In this document: piece after piece, positions 43,903-53,851 of the stretch
Layout: each line of letters starts with the position of its first letter
Numbering within the stretch: position 1 is the first letter of the stretch
From: an uncultured Actinomycetota bacterium
Lineage (GTDB): Bacteria; Actinomycetota; Actinomycetes; JAHEKZ01
Length of the DNA: 64,000 nt
Direction: 5' to 3'
NCBI GenBank assembly: GCA_963718235.1
Contig: CAVQYR010000001.1
Location: forward strand, 160,001 to 224,000
The notes under the pieces: model-generated
The model's database searches: none
What the model saw: the letters and a program-made list of their open reading frames with translations, nothing else
What the model was told of the DNA's origin: nothing
Program-made: the position numbers and the translations under genes

Positions 43903-45560
43903 CACGACACCGCGGCCGGGGTGAGCGTGACGACCCGGTCGGCCAGCTCGACCAGCGCCGGTCGGTGAGCCACCACGAGCACCGTTCGTCCAACGGCCAG
44001 GTCGCGCACCGCGTCGATCACGGCCTGCTCGGTCACGCCGTCCAGGCCGGCGGTCGGCTCGTCGAGCAGCACGAACGGCGCCTGTCGGACGAAGACCCGC
44101 GCGATCGCGATCCGCTGCCGCTGACCCACCGAGAGCCCGGCACCGGCGTCGCCGAGCTCGCTGTGCATCCCGGCCGGGAGGGTGTCGACGAAGTCCGCAC
44201 CCGCTGCGCGCAGGGCCGCCATGACCTCGTCGTTGGTCGCCTCCGGCGACCCGATCCGCACGTTGTCGGCGATCGAGCCGGCGACGAAGGCGGGGCGCTG
44301 CGGCAGCCAGGCGAGCTGGCTGCGCCACGTCACCGGGTCGACGTCGGACAGTGCGACCGTCTCGGCCCCGTCGTCGAGGGTGAGCGAGCCGTCGCTCGGC
44401 TGCAGGAACTGCAGGGCCAGGTCGACCAGCGTCGACTTGCCGCACCCGCTCGGGCCGACGAGTGCGACCACCTCCCCAGGCCGGACCTCCAGGGAGACCC
44501 GGTCGACCGCCGGGGCGTCACGGTCGGCGTAGCGCACGCTGACTGCGTCGAAGCGCAGGGTCGAGCGACGCACGTCCGGGGCCGGGCGCCGACCCAGGTC
44601 CGAGGGACTCGTCTCGAGCACCTCGAACACCCGGCCGGCGGCGGTGAGTCCCTCCTGGCTGGCGTGGAAGTGCTGTCCGACCAGGCGCAGCGGGAGGTAC
44701 GCGTCCGGGGCGAGCACGAGGACGAACAGCCCGACGAAGAAGGTCAGGGAGCCCTCGACGAGTCTGATCCCGATCTCGACCGCAACCAGGGCCACCGACA
44801 GGCTGGCGAGCAGCTCCAGCGCCAGCGAGGACAGGAAGGAGATCCGCAGCACCTTCATCGTCGTCCGGCGGTACTGGTCGCTCACCGCGCGGATGCTGGC
44901 CGTCTGGGCCTTCGCCCGCCCGAACACCTTCAGGGTCGGCAGCCCGGCCACGACGTCGAGGAAGTGCCCGGAGAGCACCTCGAGGGTCCGCCACTGTCTG
45001 TCCTGCTGACGTTGGGTCGTCCAGCCGATCAGCACCATGAAGACCGGGATGAGGGGAAGGGTCAGCGCAACGACGACGGCCGAAAGCCAGTCCTGACCCG
45101 CGATCACCAGCAGCACGGTGACCGGCACGATGCAGGCCAGGACCAGCTGGGGCAGGTAGCGCGCGAAGTAGCCGTCCAAGGCGTCCAGCCCGCGGGTGGC
45201 CAGCACGGTGATCTCACCGGATCGCTGTCCGCGCAGCCAGGCCGGGCCGAGATCGACCACGTGGTGCAGGAGCCTGGTCCGCAGCTGCTCCTTCACCGCC
45301 GACGACGACCGGTGAGCAGCAGTCTCCTGCGCCCACGAGACGGCTGCCCGGGCGACGGCGACGAACCCCAGGGCCACGACCAGCCCCGAGATGTCGGCGA
45401 CGGTGGAGCCCTCCTGGAAGACCCGGGTGATCGACGTGGCCAGCAACCAGGCCTGGGCCACCACGAGCAAGGCGGTCACTGCGCCCAGGAGCACCGACAC
45501 CAGCAGGTACGCCCGCGCGGAGCGGGCGTACCTGAGGAGCCGCGGGTCGAGGGGGCGCAC
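43902..45560 (-). CDS. cydD: Thiol-reductant ABC exporter subunit CydD
   Basis: RPLDPRLLR, YFARYLPQ, LPLIPVFMVLIG, GPSGCGKS, LSVGQRQR. Confidence 0.92.
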   Translation of the reverse strand: MRPLDPRLLRYARSARAYLLVSVLLGAVTALLVVAQAWLLATSITRVFQEGSTVADISGLVVALGFVAVARAAVSWAQETAAHRSSSAVKEQLRTRLLHHVVDLGPAWLRGQRSGEITVLATRGLDALDGYFARYLPQLVLACIVPVTVLLVIAGQDWLSAVVVALTLPLIPVFMVLIGWTTQRQQDRQWRTLEVLSGHFLDVVAGLPTLKVFGRAKAQTASIRAVSDQYRRTTMKVLRISFLSSLALELLASLSVALVAVEIGIRLVEGSLTFFVGLFVLVLAPDAYLPLRLVGQHFHASQEGLTAAGRVFEVLETSPSDLGRRPAPDVRRSTLRFDAVSVRYADRDAPAVDRVSLEVRPGEVVALVGPSGCGKSTLVDLALQFLQPSDGSLTLDDGAETVALSDVDPVTWRSQLAWLPQRPAFVAGSIADNVRIGSPEATNDEVMAALRAAGADFVDTLPAGMHSELGDAGAGLSVGQRQRIAIARVFVRQAPFVLLDEPTAGLDGVTEQAVIDAVRDLAVGRTVLVVAHRPALVELADRVVTLTPAAVS

Positions 45561-45642
45561 GCCGTCCATGGTGGTGGTCGCCCCTCGCGGATGCTCTCCC
45601 GGGGCGGTCGAAGTCAGCCGCGGACCAGGGGTTCGCCGGTCG

Positions 45643-46686
45643 TCAGCGAGCAAGCTCCGGGGTGGGGGTCGCCGGGATGTCCTCGGTGCCGAGGCGCTTG
45701 CGGAACACCCAGAACGTCCAGCTCTGGTACACGAGCACGATCGGGGTCATGACCAGCGCCACGATCGTCATCACCTTGAGCGTGTACGGCGTGCTCGAGG
45801 CGTTCTCGATGGTCAGGCTGTACGCCGGGTCGACCGAGCTCGGCATGACGTCGGGGTACAGGGTGAGGAACAAGGTGATCACCGCGAGCCCGAGGGTGAA
45901 GGCGGTCAGGGTGAAGGCCCAGCCGTCGCGCTCGACCCGGTTCATCGCGAGCGAGCCCAGCAGCGCGACCGCAGCAAGGACCGAGGTGATCCAGGCAGCA
46001 GCCGGCGCGTCGTGCGCGACCAGGGTCCAGCCCAGGAAGAGCACCGCGGCCACTGCCGACGCCAGCCCCAGCCTGGGCACCAGCGCGTGGGCCCGGGTGC
46101 GCATGTCGCCCTTCGTCTTCAGCGCCAGGAAGTTCGCTCCGTGCGTCGTGCACAGCAGCAGCGTGACCACCCCGCCCAGCAGGGCGTACGGGTTGAGCAG
46201 GGTGAAGAACGTGCCCGTGTAGGTGAGCGTCTCCCGGGCGCCGTTGTCGACCGGCTCGATCGGGACGCCGGCCACGATGTTGGCGAAGGCCACGCCCCAC
46301 AGCAACGACGGCACCAGGCTGCCGATCGTGATCGCCCAGTCCCAGCGGCCGGCCCAGGCGGTCCCGGGCCGCTTGCTGCGGTACTCGAAGGCCACACCAC
46401 GCACGATCAGCGCGACGAGGATCAGCAGCAGCGGAAGGTAGAAGCCACTGAACAGCGTCGCGTACCACTCCGGGAACGCGGCGAAGGTCGCACCACCGGC
46501 CACGAGCAGCCACACCTCGTTGCCGTCCCACACCGGACCGATCGTGTTGATCATCAGCCGGCGCTCGGCGTCGTTGCGACCGAGGACGGGCAGGAGGTTG
46601 CCCACCCCGAAGTCGAACCCCTCAAGCACGAAGTAGCCGATCCACAGGACCGCGATGAGGATGAACCAGAACTCTGCGAGTGACAT
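45643..46686 (-). CDS. cydB: Cytochrome bd ubiquinol oxidase subunit II
   Basis: LEGFDFGVG, GPVWDGNEVWL, RGVAFEYR. Confidence 0.96.
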   Translation of the reverse strand: MSLAEFWFILIAVLWIGYFVLEGFDFGVGNLLPVLGRNDAERRLMINTIGPVWDGNEVWLLVAGGATFAAFPEWYATLFSGFYLPLLLILVALIVRGVAFEYRSKRPGTAWAGRWDWAITIGSLVPSLLWGVAFANIVAGVPIEPVDNGARETLTYTGTFFTLLNPYALLGGVVTLLLCTTHGANFLALKTKGDMRTRAHALVPRLGLASAVAAVLFLGWTLVAHDAPAAAWITSVLAAVALLGSLAMNRVERDGWAFTLTAFTLGLAVITLFLTLYPDVMPSSVDPAYSLTIENASSTPYTLKVMTIVALVMTPIVLVYQSWTFWVFRKRLGTEDIPATPTPELAR

Positions 46687-46698
46687 CGTCGGCTCCTG

Positions 46699-48111
46699 TC
46701 AGTACGCGATGGTCAGGGGGGCGTCGACGTCGCGCGACGCGTAGGTGTCGTCCGCCTGTTCGGTCGTGATCTCTGGTGGGCCTTCGGTCGCGAACTTCCA
46801 GATCAGCCCCACCTCGACGACGGCGAGCACGCCGTAGAGCAGGGTGAAGGTGATCATCGAGATCCACACGGCGGTCGAGCCGACGGCCAGCGACACGCCG
46901 TTGGCCGTCAACAGCTCGCCGTAGACGACCCAGGGCTGGCGGCCCATCTCGGTGAAGATCCAGCCGAAGGAGTTGGCGAGCAGCGGGGTGAAGATCATGA
47001 AGATCGCGAGACGGCCCATCCAACGCCGGTCGAACTCACGCCCGCCGCGGAACAGCCAGAGGCAGACCAGGGCGAACAGCCCGGCGAGCGCACCCCAGCC
47101 GATCATGAACCGGAACGACCAGTACGTGACCGGGATGTTCGGCTTGTAGCTGACGCCGGTGCCGAACTCCTCCTCCAACGCTGCCTGCACGTCGTTGATC
47201 CCCTCGACGGTGCCGTTCACCGAGTTGGTCGCGAGGAACGACGTCAGCCCGGGCACCCGGATCGAGTAGACCTCCTCGCTGCCGTCGAGGGTTCCAAGCG
47301 TGAACAGGCTGAACCCGGCGTTGCTCTGGGTCTCCCACAGCGCCTCTGCAGCAGCCATCTTCATCGGCTGCTGCTCGGTCATGACCTGGGCCTGGACGTG
47401 GCCGGAGAGGATGACGCCCACCGACGCCACCAGCACGGTGATCGCACCGATCCTCATCGACGTGCGCATGACCTCCACGTGCTGCTTGCGCACCAGGTGC
47501 CAGACCGCGAACCCGAGCATGAACGTGCCGGCGGTGAGGAAGGCCGCGGTGAGAGTGTGGGTGAAGGTGACGAACGACGTCTTCTGGAAGAGCACGGCGA
47601 AGATGTTGGTCATCTCCGCGCGGCCGGACTCGGGGTTGAACTCGTAGCCGACCGGGTGCTGCATCCACGAGTTCGCCGCGAGGATGAAGAAGGCCGAGAT
47701 GTTGGTGCCGATCGCGGCGAGCCAGATCGTGGCGAGGTGCACCTTCTTGGGCAGCCGGTCCCAGCCGAAGATCCACAGGCCGAGGAAGGTCGACTCGAGG
47801 AAGAACGCGAGCAGCCCCTCCATCGCCAGCGGCGCGCCGAAGATGTCTCCCACGTAGCGGGAGTACTCGCTCCAGTTCATGCCGAACTGGAACTCCTGCA
47901 CGATCCCGGTGACGACCCCGATCGCGAAGTTGATCAGGAAGAGCTTGCCCCAGAACTTCGTGGCCCGCAGGTAGACGTCCTTGCCGGTGCGGTACCACGC
48001 GGTCTGCAGTCCGGCGACGAGCATCGACAGGCCGAGAGTGATCGGCACGAAGAGGAAGTGGTACACGGTGGTGATGCCGAACTGCCACCTGGCCAGGTCG
48101 AGCGCATCCAC
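46699..48111 (-). CDS. cydA: Cytochrome bd ubiquinol oxidase subunit I
   Basis: ARWQF...HFLFVP, QEFQFGMNWS, ANSWMQHP, QPMKMAAAE, EMGRQPW. Confidence 0.96.
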   Translation of the reverse strand: MDALDLARWQFGITTVYHFLFVPITLGLSMLVAGLQTAWYRTGKDVYLRATKFWGKLFLINFAIGVVTGIVQEFQFGMNWSEYSRYVGDIFGAPLAMEGLLAFFLESTFLGLWIFGWDRLPKKVHLATIWLAAIGTNISAFFILAANSWMQHPVGYEFNPESGRAEMTNIFAVLFQKTSFVTFTHTLTAAFLTAGTFMLGFAVWHLVRKQHVEVMRTSMRIGAITVLVASVGVILSGHVQAQVMTEQQPMKMAAAEALWETQSNAGFSLFTLGTLDGSEEVYSIRVPGLTSFLATNSVNGTVEGINDVQAALEEEFGTGVSYKPNIPVTYWSFRFMIGWGALAGLFALVCLWLFRGGREFDRRWMGRLAIFMIFTPLLANSFGWIFTEMGRQPWVVYGELLTANGVSLAVGSTAVWISMITFTLLYGVLAVVEVGLIWKFATEGPPEITTEQADDTYASRDVDAPLTIAY

Positions 48112-48186
48112 GTCGGGCCTCCACACGGTTCGATGCAGGTCGCTCGACCTGCCGAGAGCCAGCCTCTCGCGCCCGCCGACCCGTAC

Positions 48187-48229
48187 CCCGGGACGAAGGT
48201 CCCAAGGGGTTAGGGCCAATCGACCGAAC
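48187..48229. promoter_or_regulatory. Paired DosR/DevR boxes upstream of cydA
   Basis: GGGAC-GAAG-GTCCC (48190-48203) plus weaker TTAGGGCCAATCGACCGAA (48210-48228). Confidence 0.7.
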
Positions 48230-48305
48230 TTTCGTGCTCCTCCCGTCGGCCCGCCTGGTCCGATTCCCGCGAGTCCTCGCTGAGGGTGCATGACACAGTG
48301 ACCCG

Positions 48306-49250
48306 GTGACTCTCGCTCCTGGCCCAGCGGCCGTCGGCACCGGACGAGCCGGCCGGGTCTGGGTCGCCCTCCTCGTCGTCTACGTGGTCTGGGGGTCCAC
48401 CTACCTGGGGATCCGGATCCTGGTCACCGACGTGCCGCCGCTGATGGCGATGGGGGTCCGGTTCCTCCTCGCCGCGACGATCATCGCCACGATCGTGCGG
48501 CTGCGACGCGGGCCGGGCGCGCTGCGGGTCAGCGGCCGGCAGTGGCGTTCGGCGTCCTTGCTGGGGCTGCTGTTCATCGCCTGCGGCAACGGGGGAGTGG
48601 CGATCGCCGAGCAGACGGTGACCAGCGGCCTGGCCGCGCTGCTCGTCGCGGCGATGCCCCTGTGGGTCGTGCTCATGCGCGTCGGCTTCGGCGGCGAGCG
48701 GCCGCGGGCCCTGACCTGGGGCGGCACCCTGCTCGGCATCGCCGGGATCGCCGTCCTGGCCCGACCCGACCCGAACAGCGACGTCGCGTGGTGGGGCGTG
48801 CTGACCGTCCTCGGCGCCACCGTGATGTGGGCGACCGGGGTCTTCTCGTCACCGCGGCTGACCCTGCCGAGCGACCCGTTCGTCACCACGGTGTTCGAGA
48901 TGCTGGCCGGGGGAGCAGTCATGCTGGCCCTCAGCCTGCCTGCCGGCGAGTGGGACGGCTTCGACGTCGGGGCGATACCGCAGGACGCCTGGGTCGCCTT
49001 CGTCTACCTCACCGTGATCGGCTCGGTCGTCGCGTTCAGCGCCTTCGTCTGGCTGCTGCACCACGCGCCGGTCTCACTGGTGACGACCTACGCCTTCGTC
49101 AACCCGGTCGTCGCGGTGTTCCTCGGCTGGCTCGTCCTCGGTGAGAACGTCACTGCGGTGATCGTGGTCGGGGGTGGGCTCGCCGTCGTCGGCGTGGCCA
49201 TGGTCGTGCGCGGTGAGCGTCAGAAGCCGGTCGAGGGCGAGGTCGTGTAG
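48306..49250 (+). CDS. EamA/YedA-like transporter
   Basis: VYVVWGSTYL, YAFVNPVVAV. Confidence 0.9.
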   Translation: MTLAPGPAAVGTGRAGRVWVALLVVYVVWGSTYLGIRILVTDVPPLMAMGVRFLLAATIIATIVRLRRGPGALRVSGRQWRSASLLGLLFIACGNGGVAIAEQTVTSGLAALLVAAMPLWVVLMRVGFGGERPRALTWGGTLLGIAGIAVLARPDPNSDVAWWGVLTVLGATVMWATGVFSSPRLTLPSDPFVTTVFEMLAGGAVMLALSLPAGEWDGFDVGAIPQDAWVAFVYLTVIGSVVAFSAFVWLLHHAPVSLVTTYAFVNPVVAVFLGWLVLGENVTAVIVVGGGLAVVGVAMVVRGERQKPVEGEVV

Positions 49251-50314
49251 TAGGTGCTCGCGACGGTCACGAACCGGTCGTTGGCCGTCGGTTCGCCGAT
49301 CGTGACCCGCACCCCTTCGCCAGGAAAGGCACGCACGACCACGCCTGCGGCCTCGCACGCGGAGGCGAACGCCTCCGTCGCCTCGCCGAGGCGGAGCCAG
49401 ACGAAGTTCGCCTGCGACTCGCGGACGTCGACGCCTGCCTCGCGCAGGGCGCGCACCACGCGGACCCGTTCGTCGACGACCAGCTGGACCCGTCGCAGCA
49501 GCTCGGGCTCCGCGTCCAGGGAGGCCAGCGCCGCACGCTCGGCCAGGGTCGTGACGCCGAACGGAAGTGCGGCCTTGCGCAGCGCGGCCGCGACGCGTTC
49601 GTGGGCCACGGCGTAGCCGACGCGCAGCCCGGCCAGCCCGTACGCCTTGGAGAAGGTCCGCAGCACCACGACGTTCGGTCGCTCGCCCAGGAGCGTCAAG
49701 GCGTCCGGGCTGTCGTCACGGCGCACGAACTCCACGTACGCCTCGTCGACGACGACCAGGACCTGGCTGGGCACGCGGTCGACGAACCGGAGCAGGTCGT
49801 CTCGAGCGAGGACCACTCCCGTCGGGTTGTTCGGCGTGCACAGGAGGACGGCACGCGTCCGGTCGTTGACCGCCGCGAGCATGGCGTTCAGGTCGTGGCC
49901 CTCGTCTGGTCGCAGCGGAACGGCGACCGGTGTGGCGCCGGCCAGCCGGGTCACGATCGGGTACGCCTCGAACGAGCGCCAGGGGAAGACGACCTCGTCG
50001 CCGGGCTCGGCGCAGACCGCGACTGCCTGACCGAGGACGGCGACCGAACCGGTGCCCACCGAGAGGCGCCCAGGTGTCACCTGGTGCCGGTCGGCCAGGG
50101 CCCGGACGAGGCCCGTGCTGGCGAAGTCCGCGTACCGGTTGACCTGCGCAGCCGCGTCGGTGATCGCCGTGACGACGGAGGGAAGCGGCGGGAACACCGT
50201 CTCGTTGCTGCTGAGCTTGACGGCTCCTGGCGGAGCGGACCGCCCGGCCCGGTAGTCGGCGATCGCCTCCAGGGCCGGGCGCAGGTACGGCCCGGGCAGC
50301 ACGTCGTCCGACAC
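49220..50314 (-). CDS. hisC: Histidinol-phosphate/aromatic aminotransferase (HisC/Pat)
   Basis: KLSSNE, CTPNNPTG, VDEAYVEF, LRTFSKAYGLAGLRVG; location outside the his operon favours the Pat paralog. Confidence 0.85.
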   Translation of the reverse strand: MSDDVLPGPYLRPALEAIADYRAGRSAPPGAVKLSSNETVFPPLPSVVTAITDAAAQVNRYADFASTGLVRALADRHQVTPGRLSVGTGSVAVLGQAVAVCAEPGDEVVFPWRSFEAYPIVTRLAGATPVAVPLRPDEGHDLNAMLAAVNDRTRAVLLCTPNNPTGVVLARDDLLRFVDRVPSQVLVVVDEAYVEFVRRDDSPDALTLLGERPNVVVLRTFSKAYGLAGLRVGYAVAHERVAAALRKAALPFGVTTLAERAALASLDAEPELLRRVQLVVDERVRVVRALREAGVDVRESQANFVWLRLGEATEAFASACEAAGVVVRAFPGEGVRVTIGEPTANDRFVTVASTYYTTSPSTGF

Positions 50315-50432
50315 GATCGGTGCTCACCTCCGTCCAGCCCTGCGCACGGGTTGCCGGCAGCCGCCGGCTGTTCGCTCAGTCTGCACCGCAAGCGGCCCGG
50401 GCACCGGTCAGGGTGCGCCGTAGGCTGCGCGC

Positions 50433-51407
50433 GTGACCGAGGCCAGCAGCGAGCTCGCGCCTCCGGGAGCCCGGCGCGTGCTGGAGCGAGGTCGACCGAT
50501 CGGCTACCTGATGGCGATCGGTGGAGCCATGCTCTTCAGCGTCAACGGGTCGGTGTCCAAGGTGACCCTGTCCTCCGGCCTGGACTCGCTGGACCTCGTT
50601 CTCCTGCGGTGCGCCGGCGCCATGGTGGCGCTGCTGGTCCTCGTGCTGGCCATCGAGCCTTCTCGACTGAGGGTCCGACGCGACGAGTGGCCGCTGCTGC
50701 TGGTCTACGGCGTCATCGGGATCGCTTTGGTGCAGTGGCTGTACTTCGTCGCCATCGCACGGCTCCCGGTCGGGATCGCGCTGCTGCTGGAGTTCACCGC
50801 ACCGCTGCTCGTCGCGCTGTGGGCCACGTTCGTCCAGCACAAGGACCTCGGCCGCACGATCTGGCTCGCGCTGGCCCTCGCCCTCGCCGGCCTGGCGCTC
50901 GTCGCCCAGGTGTGGCAGGGACTCACCCTCGACCTGGTCGGCCTGCTGGCAGCAGTGGGGGCGGCGGTGTCCCTGGCGACGTACTTCGTCGCCGGCGAGC
51001 ACGCGGTGGGAACGCGAGACACCCTGTCGCTGGCCCTGTGGGCGTTCGTCGTCGCCACCGTCTTCTGGTCGGTCGCCCATCCGTGGTGGACCGTCCCCTG
51101 GGACGAGCTCACCGGTGCGGTGTCCCTCCAGGGCAACCTGGACAGCTGGTCGGTGCCGCTGTGGGCGCTCGTCGTCTGGATCGTGCTGCTCGGGACGGTT
51201 GCACCGTTCCTGCTCGTGATCGGCGCTCTGCGCCACGTGCCCGCCACCCGAGCGGGGATCGTCGGGACGATCGAGCCCGTGCTCGCCGGCGTCGTGGCCT
51301 ACCTCTGGCTGGGCGAGGTCCTGTCCGCCGTCCAGGTGCTCGGTGCTTTCGTGGTCATCGTCGGGGTCAGCCTCGCCCAGCTGGCCACCGCACCCACTCC
51401 GGACTGA
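50433..51407 (+). CDS. EamA family transporter
   Basis: LPVGIALLLEFTAP, GTIEPV; about 10 TMs. Confidence 0.88.
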   Translation: MTEASSELAPPGARRVLERGRPIGYLMAIGGAMLFSVNGSVSKVTLSSGLDSLDLVLLRCAGAMVALLVLVLAIEPSRLRVRRDEWPLLLVYGVIGIALVQWLYFVAIARLPVGIALLLEFTAPLLVALWATFVQHKDLGRTIWLALALALAGLALVAQVWQGLTLDLVGLLAAVGAAVSLATYFVAGEHAVGTRDTLSLALWAFVVATVFWSVAHPWWTVPWDELTGAVSLQGNLDSWSVPLWALVVWIVLLGTVAPFLLVIGALRHVPATRAGIVGTIEPVLAGVVAYLWLGEVLSAVQVLGAFVVIVGVSLAQLATAPTPD

Positions 51408-51427
51408 GCGCGGCCGCTCGCCTCGGC

Positions 51428-51763
51428 TCAGGCGGGGACGTCGGCGTCGCCCTCGGGCGGGGCGAACACCACGGCCAGGTGCAGCGCCTCGGTGATTTCC
51501 TCGAACCGGTGCGGCTGCAGAGCCGGAACGAAGATCACGTCTCCGGTCTTCACCTCCGACGCCTCGTGGGGGGTCACCAGACGCGCCCGCCCCGCAAGGA
51601 CCACGTAGATCTCGTCCTCGGTGTGCGGGCTCTGGGTGTCCTGCTCCCCAGCCTGCAGCACGTACAGGCCGGCCGACAGCGCGCCGGACCGGCAGAACTC
51701 GACCCAGGGGCCGCCGTCGGCTTGCCGACGCAGCTCCACCGACTCCTGTGCGAAGACCTCCAT
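51428..51763 (-). CDS. Cupin-domain protein
   Basis: QSPHTEDEIYVV..G, GDVIFVPA..PHRF. Confidence 0.85.
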   Translation of the reverse strand: MEVFAQESVELRRQADGGPWVEFCRSGALSAGLYVLQAGEQDTQSPHTEDEIYVVLAGRARLVTPHEASEVKTGDVIFVPALQPHRFEEITEALHLAVVFAPPEGDADVPA

Positions 51764-51807
51764 GTCCCCACCCTTCCCTTGACCCGGCACCCGGTCAACC
51801 ACTGGGC

Positions 51808-52269
51808 TCAGCCAGGGATGTCCCAGGTGAACCGGTGCGTGTGGATGTCGAAGTAGACGAACGACTCGGTGGCCCGCACACCAGGAAGCGCCTTGATGTG
51901 GTCGTTGACCACGGCGAACAGCCCGTCCATGTCCGCGCACACCACCTCGGCGAACAGGTCGAACGAGCCGGACGTCAGCACCACATAGATGACGCTGTCG
52001 ACCTCGGCTATCGCGTCAGCGACCGCACGGACGTCGCCGTCCACGGCGATCCCCACCATGGCCATCACCGGGAGCCCGAGTGCCAGCGGGTCGGTGACCG
52101 CGACGACCTGCAGCAGCCCGGAGTCCATCAGCCGCTGCACCCGCTGGCGGGTCGCCGGGGCGGACAGGCCCGCGTGCGGCGCCAGGTCGGCGTAGCTGAT
52201 CCGCCCGTCGCGCTGCAGCTCGCGGATGATGGTGCGGTCGGTGTCGTCCAGGTCGATCCGAGTGGTCAC
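51808..52269 (-). CDS. Lrp/AsnC transcriptional regulator
   Basis: LDDTDRTIIRELQRDGR, RQRVQRL, VAVTDPL, GSFDL. Confidence 0.92.
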   Translation of the reverse strand: MTTRIDLDDTDRTIIRELQRDGRISYADLAPHAGLSAPATRQRVQRLMDSGLLQVVAVTDPLALGLPVMAMVGIAVDGDVRAVADAIAEVDSVIYVVLTSGSFDLFAEVVCADMDGLFAVVNDHIKALPGVRATESFVYFDIHTHRFTWDIPG

Positions 52270-52278
52270 GGCGAGGGC

Positions 52279-53070
52279 TCAGATCCCGGCCGACAGGCCG
52301 AAGTCGATCGACAGGTTGGCACCGGTGATCGGGGCGGCGACCGGCTGGGCGAGGAACCAGATGAGCTCGGCGACCTCATCGGGGCGGATCAGTCGGGCAC
52401 CCGGGCCCTGGGGGTACTGCGCCAGCAGGTTGCGCACGTAGGCCTCCGGGTCACCCCCACCGAACGTCTCCGCCTGGTAGCGGACCATCGGGGTGTCGAC
52501 GTCGCCTGGACAGACCGCGTTCACCCGAACCCCCTTCGGAGCCAGCTCCAGCGCCAAGGCCTTGCTGAGGATCGACACCGCTCCCTTGCTCGCGCAGTAG
52601 ACGGCCGCCCCGGCGTTGCCCTGGACCCCGGCGTCGCTGCTCACGTTGACGACGCACCCCGACGTCGCCACCAGATGGGGGATCGCCGCGGCGGTGAGGA
52701 AGAACAGCCCCTTGAGGTTCACGTCCAGCACCTGGTCGAACGCGGCCTCCGTGGTGTCGGCGGTGGGGCCCTCGGTCCACACGCCCGCCGCGTTGACCAG
52801 GCAGTCGAGCCGGCCGGTTGCGGCCAGGCAACGGGAGACGATCGACCGGGTCGTCTCGACGTCGCGGAGGTCGCCGGGAAGGCTGGCCATGGCTCCGACC
52901 CCGTCCGCAGTGCGTCGGGCCCCGAGCGCGTCGACGTCGGTGACGACGACCTGCCACCCGCCGGCGGCGAACCGGGACGCGACCGCGCTGCCGACACCGC
53001 CGGCCGCACCGGTGACCAGGACGACCGGCCGGACGACGGTCGTCGGGTCGTCGCCGACGAATGCGGTCAT
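52279..53070 (-). CDS. SDR oxidoreductase
   Basis: TGAAGGVG, YCASK, VNAVCPG. Confidence 0.9.
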   Translation of the reverse strand: MTAFVGDDPTTVVRPVVLVTGAAGGVGSAVASRFAAGGWQVVVTDVDALGARRTADGVGAMASLPGDLRDVETTRSIVSRCLAATGRLDCLVNAAGVWTEGPTADTTEAAFDQVLDVNLKGLFFLTAAAIPHLVATSGCVVNVSSDAGVQGNAGAAVYCASKGAVSILSKALALELAPKGVRVNAVCPGDVDTPMVRYQAETFGGGDPEAYVRNLLAQYPQGPGARLIRPDEVAELIWFLAQPVAAPITGANLSIDFGLSAGI

Positions 53071-53846
53071 GCGCGTTCCTCCGAGATCGAGTTGCCGCCG
53101 TCGACGACGACACACTGGCCAGTGACGTAGGACGCGCCCGGGGTGGCCAACCAGGCGATCGCCGAGGCGACCTCCGCCGCGGTCGCCGAGCGGCCCGTCG
53201 GCGTCCGTTCACCCTGGCGCCGCTCGTGCTCGGTCTGCGACCCGGTGCCGATCCATCCCGGGCACACCGCGTTGACCGTGATCCCGCGGCCGGCCACCTC
53301 CACCGCGAGTGCTCGGGTCAGCCCGACCATGCCGGCCTTGGCCGCTGCATAGACGGGCTCTCCTCGCATCGCCATCACCGGTCCGGTGATCGAGGCCACG
53401 TTCACGACCCTGCCGAACCCCGACGACACCATCGGCCGAAGCGCCGCGCGGGTCACGAAGTAGGCCGTGTCCAGGTTGCGGGCCATGCCGGCGCGCCACT
53501 GCTCGTCGGACAGCTCGGGCTCGCCGGTCGACTCGACCGGCTCGGTCACGCTGGTCATTCCGGCGTTGTTGACCACGATGTCGAGCGCGTCGAATCGCGA
53601 GACCACCGACCCGACCAGAAGCTCGGCCTGCACGCTGTCGGTCAGGTCGGCAGCGACACCGAAGGCGTCGACGCCACGCGTGCGCAGCTCGTCGGCCCGT
53701 AGCTCGATCCGCTCGCTCGTCGACGTCACCGCGACCCGTGCCCCCAGCTGCCCCAACAGGCAGGCGGCCGCGAACCCGATCCCCGTCTCGCTGCCGGCAC
53801 CGGTGACCAGCGCCACGCGCCCGGTCAGGTCGAACGCATCGACCAT
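53067..53846 (-). CDS. SDR oxidoreductase (FabG-like)
   Basis: TGAGSETGIG, NNAG, YAAAK, VDGG. Confidence 0.9.
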   Translation of the reverse strand: MVDAFDLTGRVALVTGAGSETGIGFAAACLLGQLGARVAVTSTSERIELRADELRTRGVDAFGVAADLTDSVQAELLVGSVVSRFDALDIVVNNAGMTSVTEPVESTGEPELSDEQWRAGMARNLDTAYFVTRAALRPMVSSGFGRVVNVASITGPVMAMRGEPVYAAAKAGMVGLTRALAVEVAGRGITVNAVCPGWIGTGSQTEHERRQGERTPTGRSATAAEVASAIAWLATPGASYVTGQCVVVDGGNSISEERA

Positions 53847-53851
53847 CACGA

